Positions 52,301 to 64,000 of a stretch of DNA of 64,000 nt are shown here, one piece after another. The notes beneath the pieces were generated by a model, which was given only the letters and a program-made list of their open reading frames with translations, made no database searches and was not told the origin of the DNA. This DNA is from Balanoglossus misakiensis. Its lineage: Eukaryota > Animalia > Hemichordata. How positions within the stretch are numbered: the first letter of the stretch is position 1; every line of letters begins with the position of its first letter. The stretch lies in assembly GCA_040954595.2 (NCBI GenBank), contig CM082587.2, positions 10,111,403 through 10,175,402 of the forward strand, given 5' to 3'. The translations under genes were made by a program, and so were the position numbers.

Positions 52301-52362
52301 GGAATGATATGGAGCTGAATATAGAGGCTCACAAGCCTGCGTTCAGTACCTGCCTAACCTAA
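49330..52362 (+). CDS. LINE ORF2: APE endonuclease + reverse transcriptase (1010 aa, uninterrupted)
   Basis: EN motifs YTNADSL, IAISE, YRSP, GDFN, SDH; RT motifs PGPDG, YRPISL, QFGF, DFMKAFD, GVPQGSVLGP, FADD; CR1-type C-terminus RLRGDLI, TRGH, WNNLP, FKNRLD. Confidence 0.97.
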   Translation: MNEEKNAVNRSVHSLNGQDLHVIYTNADSLPNKFDELLQRYINNNDATAPDIIAISEVLPKNLRYTINPSELAFENYELFPNDFPSKAKRGILIYAKKKLNAQLVEFHSAFEECVWIKIDLKDADKLLIGCVYRSPSSSEVNHSHLCDMLKSICNDSANFTHLIITGDFNYPDIDWSSWTAKCKNSELFLECLRDCYVQQMITEPTRTRVNQEPSILDLLIVNDENCITSIEHDSPLGSSDHCVLRFDVKCYTINNSASTTRYNYSKADIMGIKTDLSIDWEHLLQNKTTDDAYDLFMEVRNATMKKNVPVKSYRLNAYKDRPPLDPKTVKCIKRKHRLWKRYMESRDPVKYREYCKARNKLKSIVKNDRKAREKSIAESTKTNCKIFWHYVNSKRKVKSGISELQVTENGQLLTANSDKEKAEFLANFFSSVFSSEDESIDNFPVLNGNHEDIISSDSPFTKLEVRKFLLHLDVTKSPGPDGVHPKILNALAYIIDLPLTIIFNKSFFSGVVPKAWKEAQISALFKKGNKKSPSNYRPISLTSIICKTMEKLVRKKIVSHMDKHDLFSNKQFGFISGRSTTLQLLKVLDHWTSILDDGGIINAVYMDFMKAFDKVSHKRLLVKLTHYGISPTTCNWIQEFLRNRSQRVCVNGQFSSWHHVISGVPQGSVLGPILFVIFINDLPDCVASNVYLFADDTKIYNVIKTAADSSQIQSDLSRLSHWSNDWLLKFHPDKCKVLPIHSKNKSTNTTSYNMCRPDGTNTTLEIVKYEKDIGVIVDSNLNFEKHIQTQVNKANKIVGLIRRTFNYLNNDIFKLLFIALVRPILEYGGCVWNPHKAKDIDCIENVQRRATKLLPGLKNISYEERLKLLDLPSLSYRRLRGDLIETFKILSGVYDCRVSEGLFSLSSHKHTRGHPFKVDIGHCKLNTRRNFFTNRIAAIWNNLPAQVVTANSVNTFKNRLDIFLATQPMKYITPNPTSCKPDRTKLPPQWNDMELNIEAHKPAFSTCLT

Positions 52363-53159
52363 CCTAACCTAACTCTAAGCTATAGGCGCTCGATGGACAA
52401 CATACAAATTACCAGGTCGGGCTCGGAGTGAGTAGTGTCCAGCTTACGTGAGTTCATAGTCGCAGAAACTCCAGCGGCTTTCAATTTTTGGTTTTTAAGT
52501 CCAATTTGGTGTATGATGTTAATATACCATTGGGACCCTATGGGGTCGGTTACATCTGTATGTCATAAACGTCATTTTTTAAAAACAAAATTCATCTTTC
52601 AAGTGTTTTGCATAACATGCCAAGACAAACCCGTTCCCTCCAATATAAGATAGGGACGGTAATTAATTGCAATAGGGGCCTAATAAACAGAGGATGGTCT
52701 AAAAGATATCGTTGGTGGTGCTATCCCGGACAGCCAGGGTCACGATGGGGTCACGTACGTCTATGATACCGCAAACAAGTCAACTCCACGCTAAATTCAA
52801 CCTGTCCGCCGGACTGGTAACTTTTTTACTATCAGTCTGATGGAAAAACAACCAGTCTCGGACTGTCGGACAGGCGTTATTTCGAATAGTGTGTCTTGCA
52901 TAACATACCAATATAGGCCTTAGATAGGGACGGTCGATCGGCCACACAAATTATCAGGTCATTATTTCTCCACTTTAATATGGTCACTTTTTGTAGGATA
53001 TAACAAGACAAAACCGCTCTCTCCCATATAAATTATAAGATCGGGTCGGTCAATCAGCTGGCCACGCACACAATTATCGTGCCGCGTGCTCTGTGTGTAC
53101 GCCTATGTGTTAGTGAAGCTTCCGGTTGCTTAATAATAGTAGAAATTCAAGCAGTGTTT

Positions 53160-53279
53160 GCCTACGGCCATACCACGTCGAATACACCGGTTCTCGTCCG
53201 ATCACCGAAGTTAAGCTGCGTTGGGCGTGGTTAGTACTTGGATGGGTGACCACCTGGGAATACCACGTGCCGTAGGCTT
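53160..53279 (+). rRNA. 5S rRNA (copy 26, G93A in box C), first copy 3' of the LINE
   Basis: GTGACCACCTGG. Confidence 0.9.
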
Positions 53280-54223
53280 GAATTTTTCCTGTTTCTTAAC
53301 TTTTGCATTAAACAGTCTTCCTTTTTGTCGTCGTAAACGTCCATTTTTAATTATATTTTTTTTCTCCAAATTCTTTAATTCCATGATCATATATTTTTGT
53401 TGAACATAACTTCATAAACCGTTCACTCCTGTATAACTCTAAGCTATAGGCGCTCGATGGACAACATACAAATTACCAGGTCGGGCTCGGAGTGAGTAGT
53501 GTCCAGCTTACGTGAGTTCATAGTCGCAGAAACTCCAGCGGCTTTCAATTTTTGGTTTTTAAGTCCAATTTGGTGTATGATGTTAATATACCATTGGGAC
53601 CCTATGGGGTCGGTTACATCTGTATGTCATAAACGTCATTTTTTTAAAACAAAATTCATCTTTCAAGTGTTTTGCATAACATGCCAAGACAAACCCGTTC
53701 CCTCCAATATAAGATAGGGACGGTAATTAATTGCAATAGGGGCCTAATAAACAGAGGATGGTCTAAAAGATATCGTTGGTGGTGCTATCCCGGACAGCCA
53801 GGGTCACGATGGGGTCACGTACGTCTATGATACCGCAAACAAGTCAACTCCACGCTAAATTCAACCTGTCCGCCGGACTGGTAATTTTTTTACTATCAGT
53901 CTGATGGAAAAACAACCAGTCTCGGACTGTCGGACAGGCGTTATTTCGAATAGTGTGTCTTGCATAACATACCAATATAGGCCTTAGATAGGGACGGTCG
54001 ATCGGCCACACAAATTATCAGGTCATTATTTCTCCACTTTAATATGGTCACTTTTTGTAGGATATAACAAGACAAAACCGCTCTCTCCCATATAAATTAT
54101 AAGATCGGGTCGGTCAATCAGCTGGCCACGCACACAATTATCGTGCCGCGTGCTCTGTGTGTACGCCTATGTGTTAGTGAAGCTTCCGTTTGCTTAATAA
54201 TCGTAGAAATTCAAGCAGTGTTT

Positions 54224-54343
54224 GCCTACGGCCATACCACGTCGAATACACCGGTTCTCGTCCGATCACCGAAGTTAAGCTGCGTTGGGCGTGGTTAGTA
54301 CTTGGATGGGTGACCGCCTGGGAATACCACGTGCCGTAGGCTT
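54224..54343 (+). rRNA. 5S rRNA (copy 27)
   Basis: Matches array consensus. Confidence 0.97.
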
Positions 54344-55287
54344 GAATTTTTCCTGTTTCTTAACTTTTGCATTAAACAGTCTTCCTTTTTGTCGTCGTAA
54401 ACGTCCATTTTTAATTATATTTTTTTTCTCCAAATTCTTTAATTCCATGATCATATATTTTTGTTGAACATAACTTCATAAACCGTTCTCTCCTGTATAA
54501 CTCTAAGCTATAGGCGCTCGATGGACAACATACAAATTACCAGGTCGGGCTCGGAGTGAGTAGTGTCCAGCTTACGTGAGTTCATAGTCGCAGAAACTCC
54601 AGCGGCTTTCAATTTTTGGTTTTTAAGTCCAATTTGGTGTATGATGTTAATATACCATTGGGACCCTATGGGGTCGGTTACATCTGTATGTCATAAACGT
54701 CATTTTTTTAAAACAAAATTCATCTTTCAAGTGTTTTGCATAACATGCCAAGACAAACCCGTTCCCTCCAATATAAGATAGGGACGGTAATTAATTGCAA
54801 TAGGGGCCTAATAAACAGAGGATGGTCTAAAAGATATCGTTGGTGGTGCTATCCCGGACAGCCAGGGTCACGATGGGGTCACGTACGTTTATGATACCGC
54901 AAACAAGTCAACTCCACGCTAAATTCAACCTGTCCGCCGGACTGGTAACTTTTTTACTATCAGTCTGATGGAAAAACAACCAGTCTCGGACTGTCGGACA
55001 GGCGTTATTTCGAATAGTGTGTCTTGCATAACATACCAATATAGGCCTTAGATAGGGACGGTCGATCGGCCACACAAATTATCAGGTCATTATTTCTCCA
55101 CTTTAATATGGTCACTTTTTGTAGGATATAACAAGACAAAACCGCTCTCTCCCATATAAATTATAAGATCGGGTCGGTCAATCAGCTGGCCACGCACACA
55201 ATTATCGTGCCGCGTGCTCTGTGTGTACGCCTATGTGTTAGTGAAGCTTCCGTTTGCTTAATAATCGTAGAAATTCAAGCAGTGTTT

Positions 55288-55407
55288 GCCTACGGCCATA
55301 CCACGTCGAATACACCGGTTCTCGTCCGATCACCGAAGTTAAGCTGCGTTGGGCGTGGTTAGTACTTGGATGGGTGACCGCCTGGGAATACCACGTGCCG
55401 TAGGCTT
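55288..55407 (+). rRNA. 5S rRNA (copy 28)
   Basis: Matches array consensus. Confidence 0.97.
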
Positions 55408-56343
55408 GAATTTTTCCTGTTTCTTAACTTTTGCATTAAACAGTCTTCCTTTTTGTCGTCGTAAACGTCCATTTTTAATTATATTTTTTTTCTCCAAATT
55501 CTTTAATTCCATGATCATATATTTTTGTTGAACATAACTTCATAAACCGTTCTCTCCTGTATAACTCTAAGCTATAGGCGCTCGATGGACAACATACAAA
55601 TTACCAGGTCGGGCTCGGAGTGAGTAGTGTCCAGCTTACGTGAGTTCATAGTCGCAGAAACTCCAGCGGCTTTCAATTTTTGGTTTTTAAGTCCAATTTG
55701 GTGTATGATGTTAATATACCATTGGGACCCTATGGGGTCGGTTACATCTGTATGTCATAAACGTCATTTTTTAAAAACAAAATTCATCTTTCAAGTGTTT
55801 TGCATAACATGCCAAGACAAACCCGTTCCCTCCAATATAAGATAGGGACGGTAATTAATTGCAATAGGGGCCTAATAAACAGAGGATGGTCTAAAAGATA
55901 TCGTTGGTGGTGCTATCCCGGACAGCCAGGGTCACGATGGGGTCACGTACGTCTATGATACCGCAAACAAGTCAACTCCACGCTAAATTCAACCTGTCCG
56001 CCGGACTGGTAACTTTTTTACTATCAGTCTGATGGAAAAACAACCAGTCTCGGACAGGCGTTATTTCGAATAGTGTGTCTTGCATAACATACCAATATAG
56101 GCCTTAGATAGGGACGGTCGATCGGCCACACAAATTATCAGGTCATTATTTCTCCACTTTAATATGGTCACTTTTTGTAGGATATAACAAGACAAAACCG
56201 CTCTCTCCCATATAAATTATAAGATCGGGTCGGTCAATCAGCTGGCCACGCACACAATTATCGTGCCGCGTGCTCTGTGTGTACGCCTATGTGTTAGTGA
56301 AGCTTCCGTTTGCTTAATAATCGTAGAAATTCAAGCAGTGTTT

Positions 56344-56463
56344 GCCTACGGCCATACCACGTCGAATACACCGGTTCTCGTCCGATCACCGAAGTTAAGC
56401 TGCGTTGGGCGTGGTTAGTACTTGGATGGGTGACCGCCTGGGAATACCACGTGCCGTAGGCTT
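56344..56463 (+). rRNA. 5S rRNA (copy 29)
   Basis: Matches consensus; 8-bp spacer deletion upstream (~56050). Confidence 0.97.
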
Positions 56464-57407
56464 GAATTTTTCCTGTTTCTTAACTTTTGCATTAAACAGT
56501 CTTCCTTTTTGTCGTCGTAAACGTCCATTTTTAATTATATTTTTTTTCTCCAAATTCTTTAATTCCATGATCATATATTTTTGTTGAACATAACTTCATA
56601 AACCGTTCTCTCCTGTATAACTCTAAGCTATAGGCGCTCGATGGACAACATACAAATTACCAGGTCGGGCTCGGAGTGAGTAGTGTCCAGCTTCCGTGAG
56701 TTCATAGTCGCAGAAACTCCAGCGGCTTTCAATTTTTGGTTTTTAAGTCCAATTTGGTGTATGATGTTAATATACCATTGGGACCCTATGGGGTCGGTTA
56801 CATCTGTATGTCATAAACGTCATTTTTTTAAAACAAAATTCATCTTTCAAGTGTTTTGCATAACATGCCAAGACAAACCCGTTCCCTCCAATATAAGATA
56901 GGGACGGTAATTAATTGCAATAGGGGCCTAATAAACAGAGGATGGTCTAAAAGATATCGTTGGTGGTGCTATCCCGGACAGCCAGGGTCACGATGGGGTC
57001 ACGTACGTCTATGATACCGCAAACAAGTCAACTCCACGCTAAATTCAACCTGTCCGCCGGACTGGTAACTTTTTTACTATCAGTCTGATGGAAAAACAAC
57101 CAGTCTCGGACTGTCGGACAGGCGTTATTTCGAATAGTGTGTCTTGCATAACATACCAATATAGGCCTTAGATAGGGACGGTCGATCGGCCACACAAATT
57201 ATCAGGTCATTATTTCTCCACTTTACTATGGTCACTTTTTGTAGGATATAACAAGACAAAACCGCTCTCTCCCATATAAATTATAAGATCGGGTCGGTCA
57301 ATCAGCTGGCCACGCACACAATTATCGTGCCGCGTGCTCTGTGTGTACGCCTATGTGTTAGTGAAGCTTCCGTTTGCTTAATAATCGTAGAAATCCAAGC
57401 AGTGTTT

Positions 57408-57527
57408 GCCTACGGCCATACCACGTCGAATACACCGGTTCTCGTCCGATCACCGAAGTTAAGCTGCGTTGGGCGTGGTTAGTACTTGGATGGGTGACCG
57501 CCTGGGAATACCACGTGCCGTAGGCTT
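57408..57527 (+). rRNA. 5S rRNA (copy 30)
   Basis: Matches array consensus. Confidence 0.97.
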
Positions 57528-58471
57528 GAATTTTTCCTGTTTCTTAACTTTTGCATTAAACAGTCTTCCTTTTTGTCGTCGTAAACGTCCATTTTTAATT
57601 ATATTTTTTTTCTCCAAATTCTTTAATTCCATGATCATATATTTTTGTTGAACATAACTTCATAAACCGTTCTCTCCTGTATAACTCTAAGCTATAGGCG
57701 CTCGATGGACAACATACAAATTACCAGGTCGGGCTCGGAGTGAGTAGTGTCCAGCTTACGTGAGTTCATAGTCGCAGAAACTCAAGCGGCTTTCAATTTT
57801 TGGTTTTTAAGTCCAATTTGGTGTATGATGTTAATATACCATTGGGACCCTATGGGGTCGGTTACATCTGTATGTCATAAACGTCATTTTTTTAAAACAA
57901 AATTCATCTTTCAAGTGTTTTGCATAACATGCCAAGACAAACCCGTTCCCTCCAATATAAGATAGGGACGGTAATTAATTGCAATAGGGGCCTAATAAAC
58001 AGAGGATGGTCTAAAAGATATCGTTGGTGGTGCTATCCCGGACAGCCAGGGTCACGATGGGGTCACGTACGTCTATGATACCGCAAACAAGTCAACTCCA
58101 CGCTAAATTCAACCTGTCCGCCGGACTGGTAACTTTTTTACTATCAGTCTGATGGAAAAACAACCAGTCTCGGACTGTCGGACAGGCGTTATTTCGAATA
58201 GTGTGTCTTGCATAACATACCAATATAGGCCTTAGATAGGGACGGTCGATCGGCCACACAAATTATCAGGTCATTATTTCTCCACTTTAATATGGTCACT
58301 TTTTGTAGGATATAACAAGACAAAACCGCTCTCTCCCATATAAATTATAAGATCGGGTCGGTCAATCAGCTGGCCACGCACACAATTATCGTGCCGCGTG
58401 CTCTGTGTGTACGCCTATGTGTTAGTGAAGCTTCCGGTTGCTTAATAATCGTAGAAATTCAAGCAGTGTTT

Positions 58472-58591
58472 GCCTACGGCCATACCACGTCGAATACACC
58501 GGTTCTCGTCCGATCACCGAAGTTAAGCTGCGTTGGGCGTGGTTAGTACTTGGATGGGTGACCGCCTGGGAATACCACGTGCCGTAGGCTT
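58472..58591 (+). rRNA. 5S rRNA (copy 31)
   Basis: Matches array consensus. Confidence 0.97.
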
Positions 58592-59535
58592 GAATTTTTC
58601 CTGTTTCTTAACTTTTGCATTAAACAGTCTTCCTTTTTGTCGTCGTAAACGTCCATTTTTAATTATATTTTTTTTCTCCAAATTCTTTAATTCCATGATC
58701 ATATATTTTTGTTGAACATAACTTCATAAACCGTTCTCTCCTGTATAACTCTAAGCTATAGGCGCTCGATGGACAACATACAAATTACCAGGTCGGGCTC
58801 GGAGTGAGTAGTGTCCAGCTTACGTGAGTTCATAGTCGCAGAAACTCCAGCGGCTTTCAATTTTTGGTTTTTAAGTCCAATTTGGTGTATGATGTTAATA
58901 TACCATTGGGACCCTATGGGGTCGGTTACATCTGTATGTCATAAACGTCATTTTTTAAAAACAAAATTCATCTTTCAAGTGTTTTGCATAACATGCCAAG
59001 ACAAACCCGTTCCCTCCAATATAAGATAGGGACGGTAATTAATTGCAATAGGGGCCTAATAAACAGAGGATGGTCTAAAAGATATCGTTGGTGGTGCTAT
59101 CCCGGACAGCCAGGGTCACGATGGGGTCACGTACGTCTATGATACCGCAAACAAGTCAACTCCACGCTAAATTCAACCAGTCCGCCGGACTGGTAACTTT
59201 TTTACTATCAGTCTGATGGAAAAACAACCAGTCTCGGACTGTCGGACAGGCGTTATTTCGAATAGTGTGTCTTGCATAACATACCAATATAGGCCTTAGA
59301 TAGGGACGGTCGATCGGCCACACAAATTATCAGGTCATTATTTCTCCACTTTAATATGGTCACTTTTTGTAGGATATAACAAGACAAAACCGCTCTCTCC
59401 CATATAAATTATAAGATCGGGTCGGTCAATCAGCTGGCCACGCACACAATTATCGTGCCGCGTGCTCTGTGTGTACGCCTATGTGTTAGTGAAGCTTCCG
59501 TTTGCTTAATAATCGTAGAAATTCAAGCAGTTTTT

Positions 59536-59655
59536 GCCTACGGCCATACCACGTCGAATACACCGGTTCTCGTCCGATCACCGAAGTTAAGCTGCGTTGG
59601 GCGTGGTTAGTACTTGGATGGGTGACCGCCTGGGAATACCACGTGCCGTAGGCTT
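59536..59655 (+). rRNA. 5S rRNA (copy 32)
   Basis: Matches array consensus. Confidence 0.97.
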
Positions 59656-60599
59656 GAATTTTTCCTGTTTCTTAACTTTTGCATTAAACAGTCTTCCTTT
59701 TTGTCGTCGTAAACGTCCATTTTTAATTATATTTTTTTTCTCCAAATTCTTTAATTCCATGATCATATATTTTTGTTGAACATAACTTCATAAACCGTTC
59801 TCTCCTGTATAACTCTAAGCTATAGGCGCTCGATGGACAACATACAAATTACCAGGTCGGGCTCGGAGTGAGTAGTGTCCAGCTTACGTGAGTTCATAGT
59901 CGCAGAAACTCCAGCGGCTTTCAATTTTTGGTTTTTAAGTCCAATTTGGTGTATGATGTTAATATACCATTGGGACCCTATGGGGTCGGTTACATCTGTA
60001 TGTCATAAACGTCATTTTTTAAAAACAAAATTCATCTTTCAAGTGTTTTGCATAACATGCCAAGACAAACCCGTTCCCTCCAATATAAGATAGGGACGGT
60101 AATTAATTGCAATAGGGGCCTAATAAACAGAGGATGGTCTAAAAGATATCGTTGGTGGTGCTATCCCGGACAGCCAGGGTCACGATGGGGTCACGTACGT
60201 CTATGATACCGCAAACAAGTCAACTCCACGCTAAATTCAACCTGTCCGCCGGACTGGTAACTTTTTTACTATCAGTCTGATGGAAAAACAACCAGTCTCG
60301 GACTGTCGGACAGGCGTTATTTCGAATAGTGTGTCTTGCATAACATACCAATATAGGCCTTAGATAGGGACGGTCGATCGGCCACACAAATTATCAGGTC
60401 ATTATTTCTCCACTTTAATATGGTCACTTTTTGTAGGATATAACAAGACAAAACCGCTCTCTCCCATATAAATTATAAGATCGGGTCGGTCAATCAGCTG
60501 GCCACGCACACAATTATCGTGCCGCGTGCTCTGTGTGTACGCCTATGTGTTAGTGAAGCTTCCGTTTGCTTAATAATCGTAGAAATTCAAGCAGTTTTT

Positions 60600-60719
60600 G
60601 CCTACGGCCATACCACGTCGAATACACCGGTTCTCGTCCGATCACCGAAGTTAAGCTGCGTTGGGCGTGGTTAGTACTTGGATGGGTGACCGCCTGGGAA
60701 TACCACGTGCCGTAGGCTT
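60600..60719 (+). rRNA. 5S rRNA (copy 33)
   Basis: Matches array consensus. Confidence 0.97.
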
Positions 60720-61663
60720 GAATTTTTCCTGTTTCTTAACTTTTGCATTAAACAGTCTTCCTTTTTGTCGTCGTAAACGTCCATTTTTAATTATATTTTT
60801 TTTCTCCAAATTCTTTAATTCCATGATCATATATTTTTGTTGAACATAACTTCATAAACCGTTCTCTCCTGTATAACTCTAAGCTATAGGCGCTCGATGG
60901 ACAACATACAAATTACCAGGTCGGGCTCGGAGTGAGTAGTGTCCAGCTTACGTGAGTTCATAGTCGCAGAAACTCCAGCGGCTTTCAATTTTTGGTTTTT
61001 AAGTCCAATTTGGTGTATGATGTTAATATACCATTGGGACCCTATGGGGTCGGTTACATCTGTATGTCATAAACGTCATTTTTTTAAAACAAAATTCATC
61101 TTTCAAGTGTTTTGCATAACATGCCAAGACAAACCCGTTCCCTCCAATATAAGATAGGGACGGTAATTAATTGCAATAGGGGCCTAATAAACAGAGGATG
61201 GTCTAAAAGATATCGTTGGTGGTGCTATCCCGGACAGCCAGGGTCACGATGGGGTCACGTACGTCTATGATACCGCAAACAAGTCAACTCCACGCTAAAT
61301 TCAACCTGTCCGCCGGACTGGTAACTTTTTTACTATCAGTCTGATGGAAAAACAACCAGTCTCGGACTGTCGGACAGGCGTTATTTCGAATAGTGTGTCT
61401 TGCATAACATACCAATATAGGCCTTAGATAGGGACGGTCGATCGGCCACACAAATTATCAGGTCATTATTTCTCCACTTTAATATGGTCACTTTTTGTAG
61501 GATATAACAAGACAAAACCGCTCTCTCCCATATAAATTATAAGATCGGGTCGGTCAATCAGCTGGCCACGCACACAATTATCGTGCCGCGTGCTCTGTGT
61601 GTACGCCTATGTGTTAGTGAAGCTTCCGTTTGCTTAATAATCGTAGAAATTCAAGCAGTGTTT

Positions 61664-61783
61664 GCCTACGGCCATACCACGTCGAATACACCGGTTCTCG
61701 TCCGATCACCGAAGTTAAGCTGCGTTGGGCGTGGTTAGTACTTGGATGGGTGACCGCCTGGGAATACCACGTGCCGTAGGCTT
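61664..61783 (+). rRNA. 5S rRNA (copy 34)
   Basis: Matches array consensus. Confidence 0.97.
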
Positions 61784-62726
61784 GAATTTTTCCTGTTTCT
61801 TAACTTTTGCATTAAACAGTCTTCCTTTTTGTCGTCGTAAACGTCCATTTTTAATTATATTTTTTTCTCCAAATTCTTTAATTCCATGATCATATATTTT
61901 TGTTGAATATAACTTCATAAACCGTTCTCTCCTGTATAACTCTAAGCTATAGGCGCTCGATGGACAACATACAAATTACCAGGTCGGGCTCGGAGTGAGT
62001 AGTGTCCAGCTTACGTGAGTTCATAGTCGCAGAAACTCCAGCGGCTTTCAATTTTTGGTTTTTAAGTCCAATTTGGTGTATGATGTTAATATACCATTGG
62101 GACCCTATGGGGTCGGTTACATCTGTATGTCATAAACGTCATTTTTTTAAAACAAAATTCATCTTTCAAGTGTTTTGCATAACATGCCAAGACAAACCCG
62201 TTCCCTCCAATATAAGATAGGGACGGTAATTAATTGCAATAGGGGCCTAATAAACAGAGGATGGTCTAAAAGATATCGTTGGTGGTGCTATCCCGGACAG
62301 CCAGGGTCACGATGGGGTCACGTACGTCTATGATACCGCAAACAAGTCAACTCCACGCTAAATTCAACCTGTCCGCCGGACTGGTAACTTTTTTACTATC
62401 AGTCTGATGGAAAAACAACCAGTCTCGGACTGTCGGACAGGCGTTATTTCGAATAGTGTGTCTTGCATAACATACCAATATAGGCCTTAGATAGGGACGG
62501 TCGATCGGCCACACAAATTATCAGGTCATTATTTCTCCACTTTAATATGGTCACTTTTTGTAGGATATAACAAGACAAAACCGCTCTCTCCCATATAAAT
62601 TATAAGATCGGGTCGGTCAATCAGCTGGCCACGCACACAATTATCGTGCCGCGTGCTCTGTGTGTACGCCTATGTGTTAGTGAAGCTTCCGGTTGCTTAA
62701 TAATCGTAGAAATTCAAGCAGTGTTT

Positions 62727-62846
62727 GCCTACGGCCATACCACGTCGAATACACCGGTTCTCGTCCGATCACCGAAGTTAAGCTGCGTTGGGCGTGGTTA
62801 GTACTTGGATGGGTGACCGCCTGGGAATACCACGTGCCGTAGGCTT
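62727..62846 (+). rRNA. 5S rRNA (copy 35)
   Basis: Matches array consensus. Confidence 0.97.
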
Positions 62847-63776
62847 GAATTTTTCCTGTTTCTTAACTTTTGCATTAAACAGTCTTCCTTTTTGTCGTCG
62901 TAAACGTCCATTTTTAATTATATTTTTTTTCTCCAAATTCTTTAATTCCATGATCATATATTTTTGTTGAACATAACTTCATAAACCGTTCTCTCCTGTA
63001 TAACTCTAAGCTATAGGCGCTCGATGGACAACATACAAATTACCAGGTCGGGCTCGGAGTGAGTAGTGTCCAGCTTACGTGAGTTCATAGTCGCAGAAAC
63101 TCCAGCGGCTTTCAATTTTTGGTTTTTAAGTCCAATTTGGTGTATGATGTTAATATACCATTGGGACCCTATGGGGTCGGTTACATCTGTATGTCATAAA
63201 CGTCATTTTTTTAAAACAAAATTCATCTTTCAAGTGTTTTGCATAACATGCCAAGACAAACCCGTTCCCTCCAATATAAGATAGGGACGGTAATTAATTG
63301 CAATAGGGGCCTAATAAACAGAGGATGGTCTAAAAGATATCGTTGGTGGTGCTATCCCGGACAGCCAGGGTCACGATGGGGTCACGTACGTCTATGATAC
63401 CGCAAACAAGTCAACTCCACGCTAAATTCAACCTGTCCGCCGGACTGGTAACTTTTTTACTATCAGTCTGATGGAAAAACAACCAGTCTCGGACTGTCGG
63501 ACAGGCGTTATTTCGAATAGTGTGTCTTGCATAACATACCAATATAGGCCTTAGATAGGGACGGTCGATCGGCCACACAAATTATCAGGTCATTATTTCT
63601 CCACTTTAATATGGTCACTTTTTGTAGGATATAACAAGACAAAACCGCTCTCTCCCATATAAATTATAAGATCGGGTCGGTCAATCAGCTGGCCACGCAC
63701 ACAATTATCGTGCCGCGTGCTCTGTGTGTACGCCTATGTGTTAGTGAAGCTTCCGTTTGCTTAATAATCGTAGAAA

Positions 63777-63801
63777 TGGGAATACCACGTGCCGTAGGCT
63801 T
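63777..63801 (+). pseudogene. 5'-deleted 5S remnant (nt 96-120 only)
   Basis: CGTAGAAA joins directly to TGGGAATACC; ~109 bp deleted, including the start site and internal promoter. Confidence 0.9.
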
Positions 63802-64000
63802 GAATTTTTCCTGTTTCTTAACTTTTGCATTAAACAGTCTTCCTTTTTGTCGTCGTAAACGTCCATTTTTAATTATATTTTTTTTCTCCAAATTCTTTAA
63901 TTCCATGATCATATATTTTTGTTGAACATAACTTCATAAACCGTTCTCTCCTGTATAACTCTAAGCTATAGGCGCTCGATGGACAACATACAAATTACCA

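Larger units (their letters stand above)
48124..52369 (+). mobile_element. Full-length CR1-clade non-LTR retrotransposon inserted in the 5S spacer
   Basis: ~250-bp 5' UTR, PHD-type ORF1, APE-RT ORF2, (CCTAA)4 tail, TSD TAACTCT (48117-48123 / 52370-52376); the spacer resumes without loss. Confidence 0.96.
21921..64000 (+). repeat. 5S rDNA tandem array, ~1064-bp unit (120-bp gene + ~944-bp spacer), 36 gene copies, continuing past the window
   Basis: Near-identical units recur at mostly 1064-bp spacing; interrupted once by a LINE. Confidence 0.99.

Noticed and set aside
23578-63925. Recurrent 60-aa (MGVVSTW...) and 72-aa (MSSLREF...) ORFs
   Set aside because: Chance frames over 5S and spacer, with TTG/GTG starts, freely broken by homopolymer indels between units.

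Overview
Animal (probably marine invertebrate) genomic DNA at the left edge of a 5S rDNA cluster; no intact host protein-coding gene is evident. Bases 1-21.9 kb are a dense transposon graveyard: a possible LTR, nested inverted repeats, pogo-, Kolobok-, Harbinger-, Academ- and P-type non-autonomous elements (many with readable TIRs and TSDs, several nested), two decayed THAP genes (one ISL2EU/Harbinger-type transposase) and a ZNF862-like hAT transposase pseudogene. From ~21921 to the window end runs a tandem array of ~1064-bp units holding 35 near-full-length 5S genes plus one 5'-deleted copy. One spacer carries a full-length ~4.25-kb CR1-clade LINE (48124-52369) with a 7-bp TSD, a (CCTAA)4 tail that supplies the ORF2 stop codon, an intact EN-RT ORF2 and an ORF1 broken by one stop. 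The best leads are possible 5S-spacer targeting by this LINE, a structured Sm-site-containing segment in each spacer, the fixed helix II mismatch and displaced terminator of this 5S type, and three 9-bp-TSD elements that all sit in the TIRs of other transposons. All coordinates and alignments were read by eye; no searches were run.
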